From Oikopleura dioica (Eukaryota > Animalia > Chordata), in assembly GCA_907165135.1 (NCBI GenBank), contig OU015568.1, forward strand, positions 8,246,001 through 8,310,000: a stretch of 64,000 nt of DNA, in the 5' to 3' direction. Numbering within the stretch: position 1 is the stretch's first letter; the number at the start of each line of letters is the position of its first letter. The position numbers were made by a program, and so were the translations under genes. Positions 14,257 through 27,211 of this stretch are shown piece by piece. Under the pieces are notes generated by a model. It had not been told where the DNA came from, made no database searches, and saw only the letters and a program-made list of their open reading frames with translations.

Positions 14257-17200
14257 ATGGACCGTGGCCGCGGAAATCGCGGTTCACGAGGCCGTGGGAA
14301 CTCTGGACGTGGCAGTAGGGGCGGAAGAGGCCGAGGAAGAGGTGGTGGAGCAGGTGGAAGTCCTTACATTCCAAAATTCCCAATCGGCGCTGGAAAAATC
14401 CAAGAAGCACTTGATGATCCCTCAGCTGATCTTGGTGCTTTAGTGAGTTCACCCGGGTTCAAAAAGCTTCTAAGCACAGACTCGTTTACTGGAGAAAATA
14501 AGATCTATGGTCAGTTCAAGAAAACTCTAGCGCTGATGCAAAAGCTTTTTCGAAATCTTCCAAGGAAAGGCTCTCAACTTTATCCAGAATGACGACTAGG
14601 TTCGTGAGGACTTGGTCCGTGTGACTAGGTTCGTGGTGGGTTCTGCCAGAGTATTGAAATCGGCCTATATTTTGGGGCAGTAAGGGAGATGGGTTGATGA
14701 CTAGGTTCGTGTGACTAGGTTCGTGAAATTTTAAATCGAAAAATTTTGGGGCAATAAGGAAATGGCTTGATGACTAGGTTCGTGTGACTAGGTTCGTGAA
14801 AATTAAAAAATAAAAAAATGTGGGACTATATTTGCCAAATGAGTGAACTTCACGAACCTAGTCCCACGAACCTAGTCATCAACCCATTTCCCTTACTGCC
14901 CGAAAATGCTGAAGATAAAAAAAATACATATAAAAATCCAAATTCCACGAACCAAGTCTCACGAACCTAGTCACACGAACCTAGTCTTCAAGCCATTTCC
15001 CTTACTGCCCCAAAATTTTTTCTATTTAAAATTTCAAGAACCTAGTCACACGAACCTAGTCTTCAAGCCATTTCTCTACTGCCCCAAAATTGTGAAGATA
15101 CAAAAAAATACATATAAAAATCCAAATTCCACGAACCTAGTCCCACGAACCTAGTCATCAACCCATTTCCCTTACTGCCCGAAAATGCTGAAGATAAAAA
15201 AAATACATATAAAAATCCAAATTCCACGAACCAAGTCTCACGAACCTAGTCACACGAACCTAGTCTTCAAGCCATTTCCCTTACTGCCCCAAAATTTTTT
15301 CTATTTAAAATTTCAAGAACCTAGTCACACGAACCTAGTCTTCAAGCCATTTCTCTACTGCCCCAAAATTGTGAAGATACAAAAAAATACATATAAAAAT
15401 CCAAATTCCACGAACCTACTCACACGAACCATTTTTTCCGACATGGCACCCACGAACCTAGTCACACGAACCTAGTCCTCACGAACCTGGTCATCGGTCT
15501 CACTTTATCCACCTCCTAATTTTCTAAATGCAAAATATGGAAAATGATAAAAGCCAAAAATAGTACGAGTGCAGAAGTTGCACTTCTTCAAATCGCCAAA
15601 TCTAAGCTTTTTGAACAAACTCTTCCTATGCATCTAACGACATCGTCTGGCTTGAAAAATCTTGTCAACGAAATCAATGCGATTTTGGACGTTTGCTCCG
15701 ATTATGTGGAGTTTTTCTGCATCTCGCATTCTGATGACATCGAGTGGGTGGAGATGGTATGCAACACCATGAGCTCTCACAGAGTTGCAGTTATGAATAA
15801 AAATGCTCAAACGAAGGCAATTGCAATTATGGAGAAACAAGAAGAACTCAAAGAAAACTATCAAGCCAGAGTTACAAACTAAAATCGATAAATTATATAC
15901 TATAATTTACCAACTCTTATTCAAGCTCAAGAAAATGATCCGGACAACATCAAGAAAAGGCCAATCTATCCAACTGTCCAAGAACTTACTTCCACCAACC
16001 ATATTCACCAAGGAAGGGACGAACGAGATCGAGAACTCGACGCTTTGGCATTGAAAGTAAATGGGCCTTACAACTCTATCGAAGAATATGCGAAAAAACT
16101 ATTTGATATAACCCGAGAAGATTTCATGCGCCCTCTGCGCAATGGTATCCGGACGTTCATGGAAAACAAGAAGGTTGAAGAAACCACAGTATATCAACGA
16201 AGCAGTTACAGAGACAAAAGACAGATGCTAAAACGTATAACTGATGTCAACATCTACACTGCCGAACCATTAGGTGGATCAAAAGCCAAAAACAACAGAG
16301 GGTCAGTATTCAAGCTTAAATTTACTTCTCGTCGAAAGATCAACTGGGATCGAGCAAAATGCCTGATGCACGGATCCTTGCTTGTGTTGACCTGCGATCT
16401 TTTCAAGATGATGAAAACCTTGTCTTGGCCGTCGTCGCTGGAACGGATAATGCTAAAAGGGTATTCTTGAAATACAAATTATGCAAGGAAACATCAAACC
16501 AGGAATGTTAAAAATGATTTAATTGATGAATTTTGAATTTCTTACTTTGTTATTAATCTTGAAAAGCTACCGAATACGACATGCTTGAGAGCAAGGCATT
16601 CTTCCTCCCCGTGAAGAATGTCCTCGAGCGACTTCAAGCTGATGATTTCAACCGAATTCCCTTTCAGAATATCCTTGTCACTGGAACTGATGGCAGATTG
16701 GATCGAACTCCAAGCAATCCGCCCTACTTGGATGATCAGGATACAATTTACAATATGAACTCATTGTTCAAAAATCCGCCAGAGAATCCGAATATTTTTG
16801 TCCGAGACCAGAGTTGGAATAATGAAACAAGCATGATAATCAAAGAAGAACAGCTACGAGCCATGAAATCCGCTCTTCAAGGCTCTGTCAGTGTCATTCA
16901 AGGACCTCCTGGCACTGGCAAAACCTTCATCGCGAAGCTTGTCATGCGATGTCTTCTCGATAATAAAGACCATTGGTATGGTGACCAACGAACACCGATC
17001 CTGCTCATTTGCTACACCAATCACGCCTTGGATCAATTTCTTGAAGGAATACACGAGTTTGAGCAGTCTATCGTTCGATATGGGGGCCGTACTAAGAGTG
17101 ACATTGTCCAACAGTACACAATTCACGAGCAGCGAAGAAGAGTGACATTCAACAAAAGTCTCTGGAAGCAAGTTAAAGTAGCAGAACGATCAGTGGAAGA

Positions 17201-20200
17201 GATTCAAAGCAAGCGATATGTCTTCGAAAGAGATTTCGAACTGGCCTTTACGGATGTCATTGCTCCTGAAAAATTGTACGATGCAGACGCCATCACAGAA
17301 GAGCAGTATCAAACAATTGTTGGTGATTTACAAGCAAGCATGGATGCTGGAACTTTTAACTACATCTCTCAGCCGATTGGTGAACAGCCAAAGAGCCACG
17401 CGCTCAACCTTCTGAAAGTCTGGCTCAGACTTGATTACTTGAGCCAGTTGAATAATCTTGTTCAAAATTTGCATGCAATGGAAAACTACGTCGAAGAAGA
17501 ACTATTTGATGATGAGGATGAGGAAAATGTCGAAAGAATGAGTTTTGAGCACATAGAAGATCAGAGAAGAAAGAAAAATGCCCGAATGAGACACGAGGAA
17601 AATATTCGCAAGGAAATTATTCGACATGTTTTCAGCCAACCTTCAATGAAACAGCATGAAGAAAATGAAAGAGCCAAATGGAACAGTCAAGCAAATCAAA
17701 CTAACCAAGGACAGAAAAAATCTAAAAAGAAGGGGAAAGAGGAAGAAAACAACAACAATGCTCCTGGATTCTCCCAAGAAATGTTTAATGCGAAGTATGT
17801 TCACTTAGCAGAGAAATGGATTCGCAAGTTACGACGAGAGGAAAAATGGGTGATTGACACTGCATATGAAAATGCTGGCGCTTGCCGAAAGACTCAAGAA
17901 CAACTTTGGGATGAAGCACTTCGAGGAAATTATCAGAATCGTCAGCTTTGGTACGGAAGCGTCATCGAAAAATATCAGGAAAAAATGCAGTCGAAGCTTG
18001 AAGAATCCAACAACGAGATAAAAGAGGCAGAAGAAGGACTTGCGAATGTTCGTATTCTTCAGGATACGCACATCTGCAAGCAATTTAGACTTGTAGCAAT
18101 GACAGCAACTATTGCGACCAAGAATTTCAGACTTATTCAAAACCTCGGTTGCAAAATCGTGATGGCAGAAGAAAGTGCCGAACTTCCAGAAAGTCATCTT
18201 GTCGCTTGTTTGACAGAACATACTCAGCAGATGATCTTAATTGGAGATCACCAGCAATTGCGGCCAAAAGTGAACTGCTACGAGCTTGAAAAGAAATGTA
18301 ATTTAGACATTTCGCTCTTTGAGAGACTCATCAAAAACAACTTCGAATTCGTCCGACTCGGCGAGCAACATCGAATGCAGCCGAATATTTCAACCTTCAT
18401 GTCAACTTGCTTCTACGAAAATCTCAAGAATCATGTCTCGACTAACAATCGCGAGTCTGACAAAGTTCTCTATTTCGGCGACCGTGGGCGGGTGCAGTTT
18501 ATAAATTATGGACTTATTGAAAACCAATTGCCAGAATACTCTGAAGCTGCTGATGATGATGGCACCTCCAAATCAAATGCGATGGAAGATGAGTATGTTT
18601 TCCTGATCGCTGAGCTCCTAATCAAAGCCGGTTACGACGCCAGTAAAATCACCATCCTTACCTTCTACATCGGTCAATTTTTCCAAATCAGGGAAAAAGT
18701 TCGCTTACTACCTAAAGATAATCGTCCTGACGTTCAGACCGTTGACAACTATCAAGGTCAGGAAAATCAAGTGGTTATTTTGTCAACTGTCCGATCAAAC
18801 TCTGACTTCAAAGGTGGCTTTGCTACGATCAAAAATCGAGCCTGTGTTGCACTCAGCCGAGCTCGAAGTGCACTCATCGTTGTTGGCAACTTGGAAATGC
18901 TCCGAAATGCGGGAAGCTCGGACAATGTTTGGATAAAGATCATGCGACATGCTGAAAAAGAAGGAGTTGTTTCTGAAGGACTGAAACTCGAGTGTCCATG
19001 GCATCCAATTTACAAGACTGTGATTCCCTACGTTAAAAAGCAAGAGTTCCAAAGAGCAGTGAAAGCAGCTTTTCCATTGGGCGGCTGCACTTTTCCATGT
19101 CCAACAACTTTTAGTTGCGGCCATCGTTGTCCGAAAACTTGCCATAATCCTGAAGAGCATCAATTATATCAATGCGGCGTTATGGTTCGAAAAAATCTTC
19201 CATGTGGACATGAAGCTACAATCAAATGTCACATAAAGCCTGAAAACTGGAACTGTCAGGCGAATTGCGAAAGAGAAATAAGCTCATGTGGCCACGGTTG
19301 CAAGGAGAAATGCTATGTCAAATGCTCGTCGAGTAACTGCAAAGAACCGGTTCAGAAAACCTGTGGTGTGTGCAATAATACTGTCACCAAAGAATGTCGA
19401 AAGCGAAAAGAGCTTGAGAAGCCATGCAAGCAGAAGTGCATTTTCAAAATGAAAACTTGTGGTCACGAGTGTAGAAAGTACTGTCATTCCGAAGCAGATC
19501 ACCATGCTGATCCTTGTTTGAAACCTTGTGAAGACAAGTTGCCTTGTGGTCACCCGTGTCCTCTTCTTTGTAAGGATCACACGACTAGCGATGTTCATGA
19601 AAAATATCAATGCAAAAAACAATGTGAACGATCCTGTAAGAAGTGCGGAAAAGCCAGCTGCAATGAATTGTGCTTTGTTGAATGCAAAACTTGTGTTCTT
19701 CCAGTGGATAAAAAGCTGCCTTGTGAACATGTCGGGAAGAACGTGCCATGTAATGTGGCTCCTGAAGATTTTCCCTGTCAAACTAGCTGCAAACGAATGC
19801 TACAGTGTGGACATCAATGCAATCTTAGATGCTTCGAAGACTGTGCAACTGCCAAGTGCCAGAAAATGGTACCGAAAGAGCTCCCATGTACACACAATGC
19901 AAAAATGCCATGTTTTATTGACCCTCAAGACTATCAATGTAAGAAGAAATGCAAGAAAGAGTATGAATGCGGTCATCCTTGTGTGCAAAAATGCTTTGAA
20001 AGTTGTGACAGAATGAAATGTACAGTACTCAAACCATTTGAAAGAAGCTGCGAGGAAATTTTTCAAATTATTATTTATCAAGTTAATAAGACTTCGGTCA
20101 AAATTATATTTTAAAGAACTATTTTTGAAAATCAAACAGCACATTATCGGTGTCCCATGCAATGGAGATTTTAAACTCGAACCTTGCGACGTCGTCGTCA

Positions 20201-22961
20201 CAACGACTCTTGAATGCTATCACAAAAAAAATGTCCGCTGTCATGAGTTGGAAGGTACCATTTTATGCGAAGAAAAAACCTGGAAATTGCTTCCTTGTGG
20301 TCATCAGGCGGAAGACTTCTGCCATAAAAATCCGGATCAAATATTCTGCCACGAAAAAGTCCAAAAGAGCTTGAGCTGTGGCCACACTAGGTTTTCATTC
20401 ATATATAAACTCGAGGTACTAAAAGGAAATTTATTTGTTCGAATTCAACATATGCCGTTTTATAAACTTAAAATTAAAGAGATGCTGAGTGTGGAAAAAC
20501 TGATGACGAGTTGGTACGAGAATGCAAGCAGCCTTGTTTGAAAACTCTAACTTGTGGACATAAATGCAAAAGAAAGTGCAATCAAAAGTGCGATGCGAAG
20601 AAGTGTAAAGAGCCTATCGAAGTAAAATGCAAAGACTGCGATGGATTCCTGACAGTTGAATGTAGTTCCAAGAGGATTGTGAAGGCCTGCACTAATCAAT
20701 GTAAAGAGCGACTTGCTTGTGGACATCAGGTGATTGATAGTCAAGTTTTGCACGAGAAAAATATCTCTAGTGTCCCTTACAATGCCATCAAGGAGTTGAT
20801 TTTGATCATTCCAAAGTAAAATGCATGAAGAGATGTGAGAAGAGCTGCGGCCAGTGTGGAAAACGAACTTGCACGAAAAAATGCCATGAAAAATGCGAGG
20901 AATGATTTACAATTAGGATTTTTATAGAGGATAAGATACTAAGAAAAATATTCAATAGTCTGATATTTAAAGGGTATAAATGTTTTGTCAATCATAGAAG
21001 CCTTGTCCAACTAAAAATGTAAGAAGAACTCTTCCATGCGGCCACCAAGGAATTGCAACTTGCTCGGAGCAACCAATTTGCAACGAAATGTGCGAAAGAA
21101 AACTGAAATGTGGACATCAATGCGAATCTCTTTGCAGCGAGCCGTGCACTAAAAAGTGCCCAGTAAAGTGTAGTCGAATGTTGAACTGCGGTCATATGTG
21201 CACAAAAATCTGCTCTGAACCATGTAACAGATCTTGCTCAAGATTGGTTGATCAAAACTGTCTCACATGCTCGAAGAAAGGTGAAGTGGGGAAAGTTGAG
21301 TGTAGAGTCGAAGGCGCCGTTCGTCAGTCTCAAAGCTGTGTTAAACCCTGCAAAGCCACTCTCGAATGTGGACATGAATGCGAAGGAAATTGTACGGATT
21401 GTTTCGGAGGACTGTTCCACAAACCGTGCCAGAAGATATGCGATCAAACAAAGGTTTGTGGCCATATCTGCAAAGACAAGTGTCACAAAGACTGTCCTCC
21501 ATGCGAGGAAAAATGCACAAAACGATGCGCTCACTCTGTCTGCAATCACCCCTGCTTCGAAATGTGTACTCCTTGCATGGAAGAGTGTCCCGAGCCGGGT
21601 TGCGGAAAACGCTGCTCTGACGATTGTGATCATGAACTCTCAAAACCTGAACGATGCTCGGCCAGACGATTATGCGGCCATCAATGCGAGCTGATTAGAC
21701 ACAATCGAGCCTTCGACAGATTTTTACACACAGACAACCAATGCGCCCAATGTCACCCTGCTATTTCGGTGAAGTTTCACTCTGTGATTATGATGACAGA
21801 AGAATATGAAGAAGACGAGCTGTACGTGTATTTGCCGGACTGTCAGCATCGTATCGAATGGGAAGGTCTTGATGGATGGGTTCAGTCAGTTTCGCAAGAA
21901 TCAGAGTTCAAAGGATTTGGTTTGAAAAAGATACAGATTTGATAGTAAGCTTTTCTGGATATATTTTAGCAAACCAAAATTAAAGCTATCTTATGTCCAA
22001 AATGCAAGGCAAGAATGGCTTCCAGTCGCTACACTAAAATATTCAACAACTGGAATAAAAAGTACGAACGAATCAAAGGAACCTACAGAGAAGCCGACAG
22101 AAAAAGACGAGACGAGCTTAGCAATGCTCTTAACTCTCTTACTCCCAATTTTCCTAGTGGAAGACTCTCTCAGAAAGCATTGCGCGCTCGCTCAGCAAAA
22201 GCGAAATTTCAGCTTCTAGCGAGGGCACAGTTTATGGTGAAAACGCAAAAATCAATGACGAAAATATCTGAAGGCTTGCAGAATATGATTGATCCAAACA
22301 AAATCTTCTTTGCTCGAATTAACCAAATTGCGTCGTTGGACGGCAGAGTGGAATTTTCGCCGGACTCAATACTACAGTCAAAAGACATTTTGTTGAAGGT
22401 ATAAAGCAACATTCTCATGAACAAATTTTTACATCTTTTCAGCTCAATTTATTTGCCTCTTGGTCAAAAGGAATGGACAAGCTCGGCTTCAGGTTCCAAA
22501 GGCTTTTTGGTGCAAGTTCCGAGAGGCAGTTTGAGGCTTTGGTCGAGATTTCGAACAGTATTCTGTTCAAAAAGCTAGAGCCGCAACATCAAGACATCGT
22601 TAAGCGGAGCGAAAAGATCATTGGCGCTTTTACAATAGTAACAAGCGAGGAAGTAGAATCTGTCGCAAAGGCTATTGCAGCTGCTGAAAGGGGAATGAGA
22701 GGAGGTATGGTCTTCAAAATAACCATCAATAAATTGAATTAAGGACATTGGTTCGAGTGCCCGAACGGACACCCTTACTTTATTGGCGAGTGTGGCGGAG
22801 CGATGGAAAATGCAGTTTGTCCTTGTGGCGCTAGAATTGGAGGAAGAAGCCATCAGTTGACTACTGGAAACAGAGCTAGTAACCTCGGCGGCGGATACGG
22901 CGCGTACGACCGTATGATGCGTATGAATCCTGCCCCAAATCCAAATGATTTTAGATTTTGA
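14257..22961 (+). CDS. ZNFX1: NFX1-type zinc finger-containing protein 1 (SF1/UPF1-like RNA helicase, NF-X1 fingers, RZ finger), multi-exon
   Basis: RGG-rich N-terminus; IYPT..REDFMRPLRNGI; QGPPGTGKT; EESAE; LIGDHQQLRP; QHRM; TVDNYQGQE; VALSRAR; many CGH repeats; C-terminal GHWFECPNGHPYFIGECGGAM..CGARIGG. Confidence 0.92.
14587..15500. mobile_element. Foldback-like non-autonomous element, copy 1 (in ZNFX1 intron 1)
   Basis: Left arm of GACTAGGTTCGTG subrepeats, right arm of the inverse CACGAACCTAGTC; internal 279-bp tandem duplication; no clear TSD. Confidence 0.75.
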
Positions 22962-23045
22962 TTCATTCATATTGAAGACTATTATTGAAATAAAATATTA
23001 TTCACTGATTTCTGTCTTTTTTGGCATTATTGAGACACTTTTCGA

Positions 23046-23798
23046 AGACCGATGACCAGGTTCGTGAGGACTAGGTTCGTGTGACTAGGTTCGTGGGTGC
23101 CATGTCGGAAAAAATGCTTCGTGTGACTAGGTTCGTGAAATTTGGATTTTTATATGTATTTTTTGTATCTTCACCATTTTGGGGCAATAAGGGAATTGGG
23201 TTGATGACTAGGTTCGTGTGACTAGGTTCGTGAAATTTTAAATAGAAAAATTTTCGAACAGTAAAGGAAATGGGTTGATGACTAGGTTCGTGGGACTAGG
23301 TTCGTGAAGACTAAGTTCGTGAAGACTAGGTTCGTGTGACTAGGTTCGTGAAGACTAAGCTCGTGAAGACTAGGTTCGTGTGACTAGGTTCGTGAGACTA
23401 GGTTCGTGAAATTTGGATTTTTATATGTATTTTTTGTATCTTCAGCATTTTCGGACAGTAAGGGAAATGGGTTGATGACTAGTTGATGTTAGGCTTTAAA
23501 TAAAACAAAATTTGAGAGCCTAGCGGCTTATACAGGGGGGGGTGTGGGGGGTACTCATTTGGCAAATATAGTCCCACATTTTTTCATTTTTTAAATTTCA
23601 CGAACCTAGTCATCAAGCCATTTCCCTTACTGCCCCAAAATTTTTTCTATTTAAATTTTCACGAACCTAGTCACACGAACCTAGTCATCAAGCCATTTCC
23701 CTTACTGCCCCAAAATATAGGCCGATTTCAATACTCTGGCAGAACCCACCACGAACCTAGTCAGCCGAACCTATTCCTCACGAACCAAGTCGTCATTC
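23046..23798. mobile_element. Foldback-like element, copy 2, inverted relative to copy 1
   Basis: Ends are reverse complements of copy 1 ends (agaccgatgaccaggttcgtgagg ... cctcacgaaccaagtcgtcattc); same subrepeats; different central segment with a G-run. Confidence 0.75.
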
Positions 23799-24138
23799 CC
23801 CTTTCTCGGCATTTCGATTCGATTTATTTTGATAAAGCTTTTGAAACTTCAATAAACATAGCAACTAGTTCTTCAGCAGTTGGAATAATTTCACTCGCCG
23901 GAAGGAGAAATCCAAAGTCTCCAGTATCTCGAAGTTCAATCAACATTGAAAGTTTCACTCCTAGGAAAATTAGTTTCGTTCAAAAAAAGTTTCAAACCAA
24001 GATCTCCATAAGCATAATCTTCAGTCATTCCTCCAGCAGGGTATCCGAGAACATCACGTGATTGTCCAGCAATGTATACTTTTCCGTGAGTGTTGTACGC
24101 TGCAGCTTTCATTCTATTGGAAACTTCCTTTTGATAGT

Positions 24139-24342
24139 TAAAGGGTTAGCGCATTCCGGGCGAACCCGTTGAACTTTGATACTGATCAGTGGGACGTTGC
24201 GCGCGCAGTGCCAGTCTCGGCTGGTCAGTTGTCTCTCGAATAAAGTAGAAGCAGCAGCTAAAATACTAGAATTGTTGTCTTTTATTCCCAGGAGCTAGAG
24301 TCTCAGTGGGAGAGTGTTTCCAGCAGATGCATTGACCCTTTA
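24139..24342 (+). repeat. 5' LTR (204 bp, TAAAGGG...CCCTTTA)
   Basis: Identical by eye to 27212-27415. Confidence 0.92.
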
Positions 24343-24343
24343 G

Positions 24344-24354
24344 TGGTGTCAGAG
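24344..24354 (+). promoter_or_regulatory. Primer-binding site, tRNA-Leu-like
   Basis: TGGTGTCAGAG just after 5' LTR; complementary to the ...CUGACACCA 3' end of metazoan tRNA-Leu(CAA/CAG). Confidence 0.65.
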
Positions 24355-24977
24355 ACTTCGCTCATAAATTCGACATAGAGAACTCCCGCGGCCCCAAAAC
24401 TTACACCTTCAACCCTCCACCTTGTCTACCGCTCGACACATCCATCTCATCCCTCCAAATTCTCCAAAATCAGCTGAGTACCCTACGATTCGTCAAAGAC
24501 CACCCGCCCTACCCAACGTTTGATCGTCTTTTACCCTGTCCAGCGTTTTTCTCCGCCCAAGGCCGTTACGAACCTGGATAAGCACTCGTGTTCTCACTTC
24601 CGGTACTCGTCGCGTGTGGAAAAGTACCGCCGCGCCAACCGTTTTGCCACGTCAACTTGTGCAACCGCTGCGATTTCGATCTCGCGCCGCCGCTGACGCC
24701 TATTTTCAACGACATTTCGCGCTCTCCAAGTCCGTTATCTAACTTTGACCCTCAAAAGTCTCAGTTAGTCGGACCGGTCGAGGTAATTTCGCTCGAAAGC
24801 AGTAAATCGGCCTTTCTTAGCCCGGCAGCTCTTCTAAATCGCACATCTCCCGCCAAGTTACGACATCAATCAACTGCTACGACCACTATTGAATCTTCAT
24901 TTGCTCTTCAAACCCCGTAAATTTCTCCTAGACAATTCTTGTCTTTGAGAAACGGGTCGGTCAAGTACATCTCGGTG

Positions 24978-27002
24978 ATGCCAAATCTCCCCGAAACCGT
25001 CGAAAGATGCGACGGCGCCCTGGAACAAATCGCCGACTTCATCGCTGATCTCGACAAGAAGCTCAAATCGGCTCCGACTGATAAAGCACTACTCACAATG
25101 AAGGAAGAACAGCTCCAAAAAGAACGCGAGCTATTCTTGCACTACAAGGACCTGGTCCGAAAACGCAAATACGCCAATCCACCGGCCGAAAATTCCAACA
25201 GGGAATACGACCAGCGCGAGCAGCACATATGCAACTTGTTCTACAAAAGCTTCGCGTCAATCCAGCCCTTCAAAGGGAATAGCCCCGGCCAGTTTGTGGA
25301 TTTCATAACAGCAATGAGGGTATTCAAAGACAGTCATCTACGCCGCGACGGCGACGAAAAAATATTCCTCAACGCTCTTACCAGCAAACTAGCTCCGAAC
25401 GTCGCCCGTTTTATCGGTAACGATCTCCGCGCCTGTGACGACGTCGACGCCGCCATCGGGCTTCTCAAAAAGCACTATGGCCCAAAAATCTCGCATTTTC
25501 TACTGATGCTCGATGTCAGCGACATCGTTTTTGACCGATCGCGCCCCGTGACTCATTTTACATCCGAGCTAGCTACAAAACTTGCTGAGGCAAAAGCCGC
25601 GTTTCTCGAAACCTTCAAAGCCGCTAACAACGATGCTGAGCCAAATGTGGAAGATATCCACGAAGCATGGGCAACAATGTTCGCTGTCAGAGCCCTCCGA
25701 GACCAGGAGCCCGACACTTACAATGCCCTTCTGACCTCCATCGACAAAACCTTCACGCTTAACGACCTCGCACTCAAAGCCGAGACCAGTCGCCGAAACC
25801 GCGTTTCTTCAGATGTCATCAACGTCAACAAAACTCAACCCGGATCCAACAACAAACAGAAGCAAGGTTATGGAAAACATGGCGAGGGTAAACGCTCTTG
25901 GCACAATCGGGACCAGAATTCTGCGCAGAAAAAGGACGAGAAGTCCGAAAAGCCCGATCAAATGCAGCGTAAAAGCCACTACAACGTGGAACCCGATAAT
26001 TTCGCCGATGTCCATGCCCTCTTCTCTGCAATTCCAGTGCACCTGACCGAAAAGGTCGAATCCCGCCCTGGATATTTTCTACGCGCCACATTTGAGTCAG
26101 GACAAGATTCGTTCGACTGCAACATCGAATTCGATACTGGCGCATATTCAACAATTCTACCTTCGCATGTTATCCCCCAAAACGTGCTACGCAATTTGAG
26201 CGCTCCAAACCACGATGTAGCCGGTATTAGCGGAGTAGCTGAAACTCCAAGGGGAACCCTCTACTGCAAGGTTAGATTCGACAAAGGCCCTCAGTTTGAG
26301 CTCGCCGCAACTGTGATGGATGGACAATGCCGCCCAGCACTCTTAGGACGAGATTATTTGCGCAACAGCAATATCTCTTCCTACTCGATAAACAATTTAC
26401 TTGGAAACGTCAAGTTCGAGTTCACCGAAGCTTCGAAACTAAAACCCGAAGTTGTCAAGCTACGCCCACTCGCCGGAGACGCCAAAAACTCCAATGCAAA
26501 ATGGAGTGGCCCCTCCACCCTCAGATCCACCAACCAGCAGGTCTGCCTCGTCGAAGATGCAAACGGCACCGTCGACCTCATTCACCGTTCCCATGTCGCC
26601 GCGATCGAGGAAAGAGTTCCTTTCCTTGATAACTTTGATCAAAATCTGGACTTGACCGAGTGGCCACACTTGATCAAAAACTTCAAGTCGAAAATAAAGC
26701 AGAACGATCATGTGACTAGGGGAGGTAAGGGTATCGAGTCACAATCTCGGTCACGCAAGCCCAAACCGCCCGAAAAGATTCCATCCTCTCTCCCTCCGAT
26801 CGCTCCGCCAAAGCCTCTATTCGAAGCTCAAAAATCTGGCTCGGCGACGGATTCAACATCTCTGATACCATCTTTGCTCCTGATCCTGGCTTCGTCACAA
26901 CCCCAAAGGTCTGCTTCCAACCCGTACTCCTCGCCTCAAGCGGAATATTCGCCGTCCATCTCCCTCTCGCTGGATTCTACGAAGAAACAGTATGAAGGCT
27001 AG
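24978..27002 (+). CDS. gag-pro: Gag-aspartic protease polyprotein fused in frame to an integrase C-terminal remnant
   Basis: Gag-like helical region; FDTGAYSTI and LLGRDYL protease motifs; then KWSGP (GPY/F-like) segment with no RT motifs. Confidence 0.8.
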   Translation: MPNLPETVERCDGALEQIADFIADLDKKLKSAPTDKALLTMKEEQLQKERELFLHYKDLVRKRKYANPPAENSNREYDQREQHICNLFYKSFASIQPFKGNSPGQFVDFITAMRVFKDSHLRRDGDEKIFLNALTSKLAPNVARFIGNDLRACDDVDAAIGLLKKHYGPKISHFLLMLDVSDIVFDRSRPVTHFTSELATKLAEAKAAFLETFKAANNDAEPNVEDIHEAWATMFAVRALRDQEPDTYNALLTSIDKTFTLNDLALKAETSRRNRVSSDVINVNKTQPGSNNKQKQGYGKHGEGKRSWHNRDQNSAQKKDEKSEKPDQMQRKSHYNVEPDNFADVHALFSAIPVHLTEKVESRPGYFLRATFESGQDSFDCNIEFDTGAYSTILPSHVIPQNVLRNLSAPNHDVAGISGVAETPRGTLYCKVRFDKGPQFELAATVMDGQCRPALLGRDYLRNSNISSYSINNLLGNVKFEFTEASKLKPEVVKLRPLAGDAKNSNAKWSGPSTLRSTNQQVCLVEDANGTVDLIHRSHVAAIEERVPFLDNFDQNLDLTEWPHLIKNFKSKIKQNDHVTRGGKGIESQSRSRKPKPPEKIPSSLPPIAPPKPLFEAQKSGSATDSTSLIPSLLLILASSQPQRSASNPYSSPQAEYSPSISLSLDSTKKQYEG

Positions 27003-27211
27003 TGTTGGCAATTGGGTTTTCTGATGCTTTTTGGGGATTGGAAGTTGTCTACTGCTTAGGATCAAAAATGTTTGCTGCTTCATCACCGTACAAAACCCTC
27101 TTCAAAAATCTGCCGCCGACTGTCCCAATTCTACCGATGTTCCTCCGAGCCCGAAAGGGACATTCTACCTGTATCTTACTTATTGTCGCACTGTTCTGTA
27201 TCAAGGGGAGG

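Noticed and set aside
14587-15500. CRISPR-like or coding interpretation of the GACTAGGTTCGTG repeats (ORFs 14906-15154 and 15185-15475)
   Set aside because: Repeats switch orientation, spacers are themselves repeated, there are no cas genes and the context is eukaryotic; the ORFs are by-products of a 279-bp duplication
19284-21694. Several antisense or alternate-frame ORFs over the ZNFX1 Cys-rich region
   Set aside because: Shadows of the repetitive zinc-finger coding sequence
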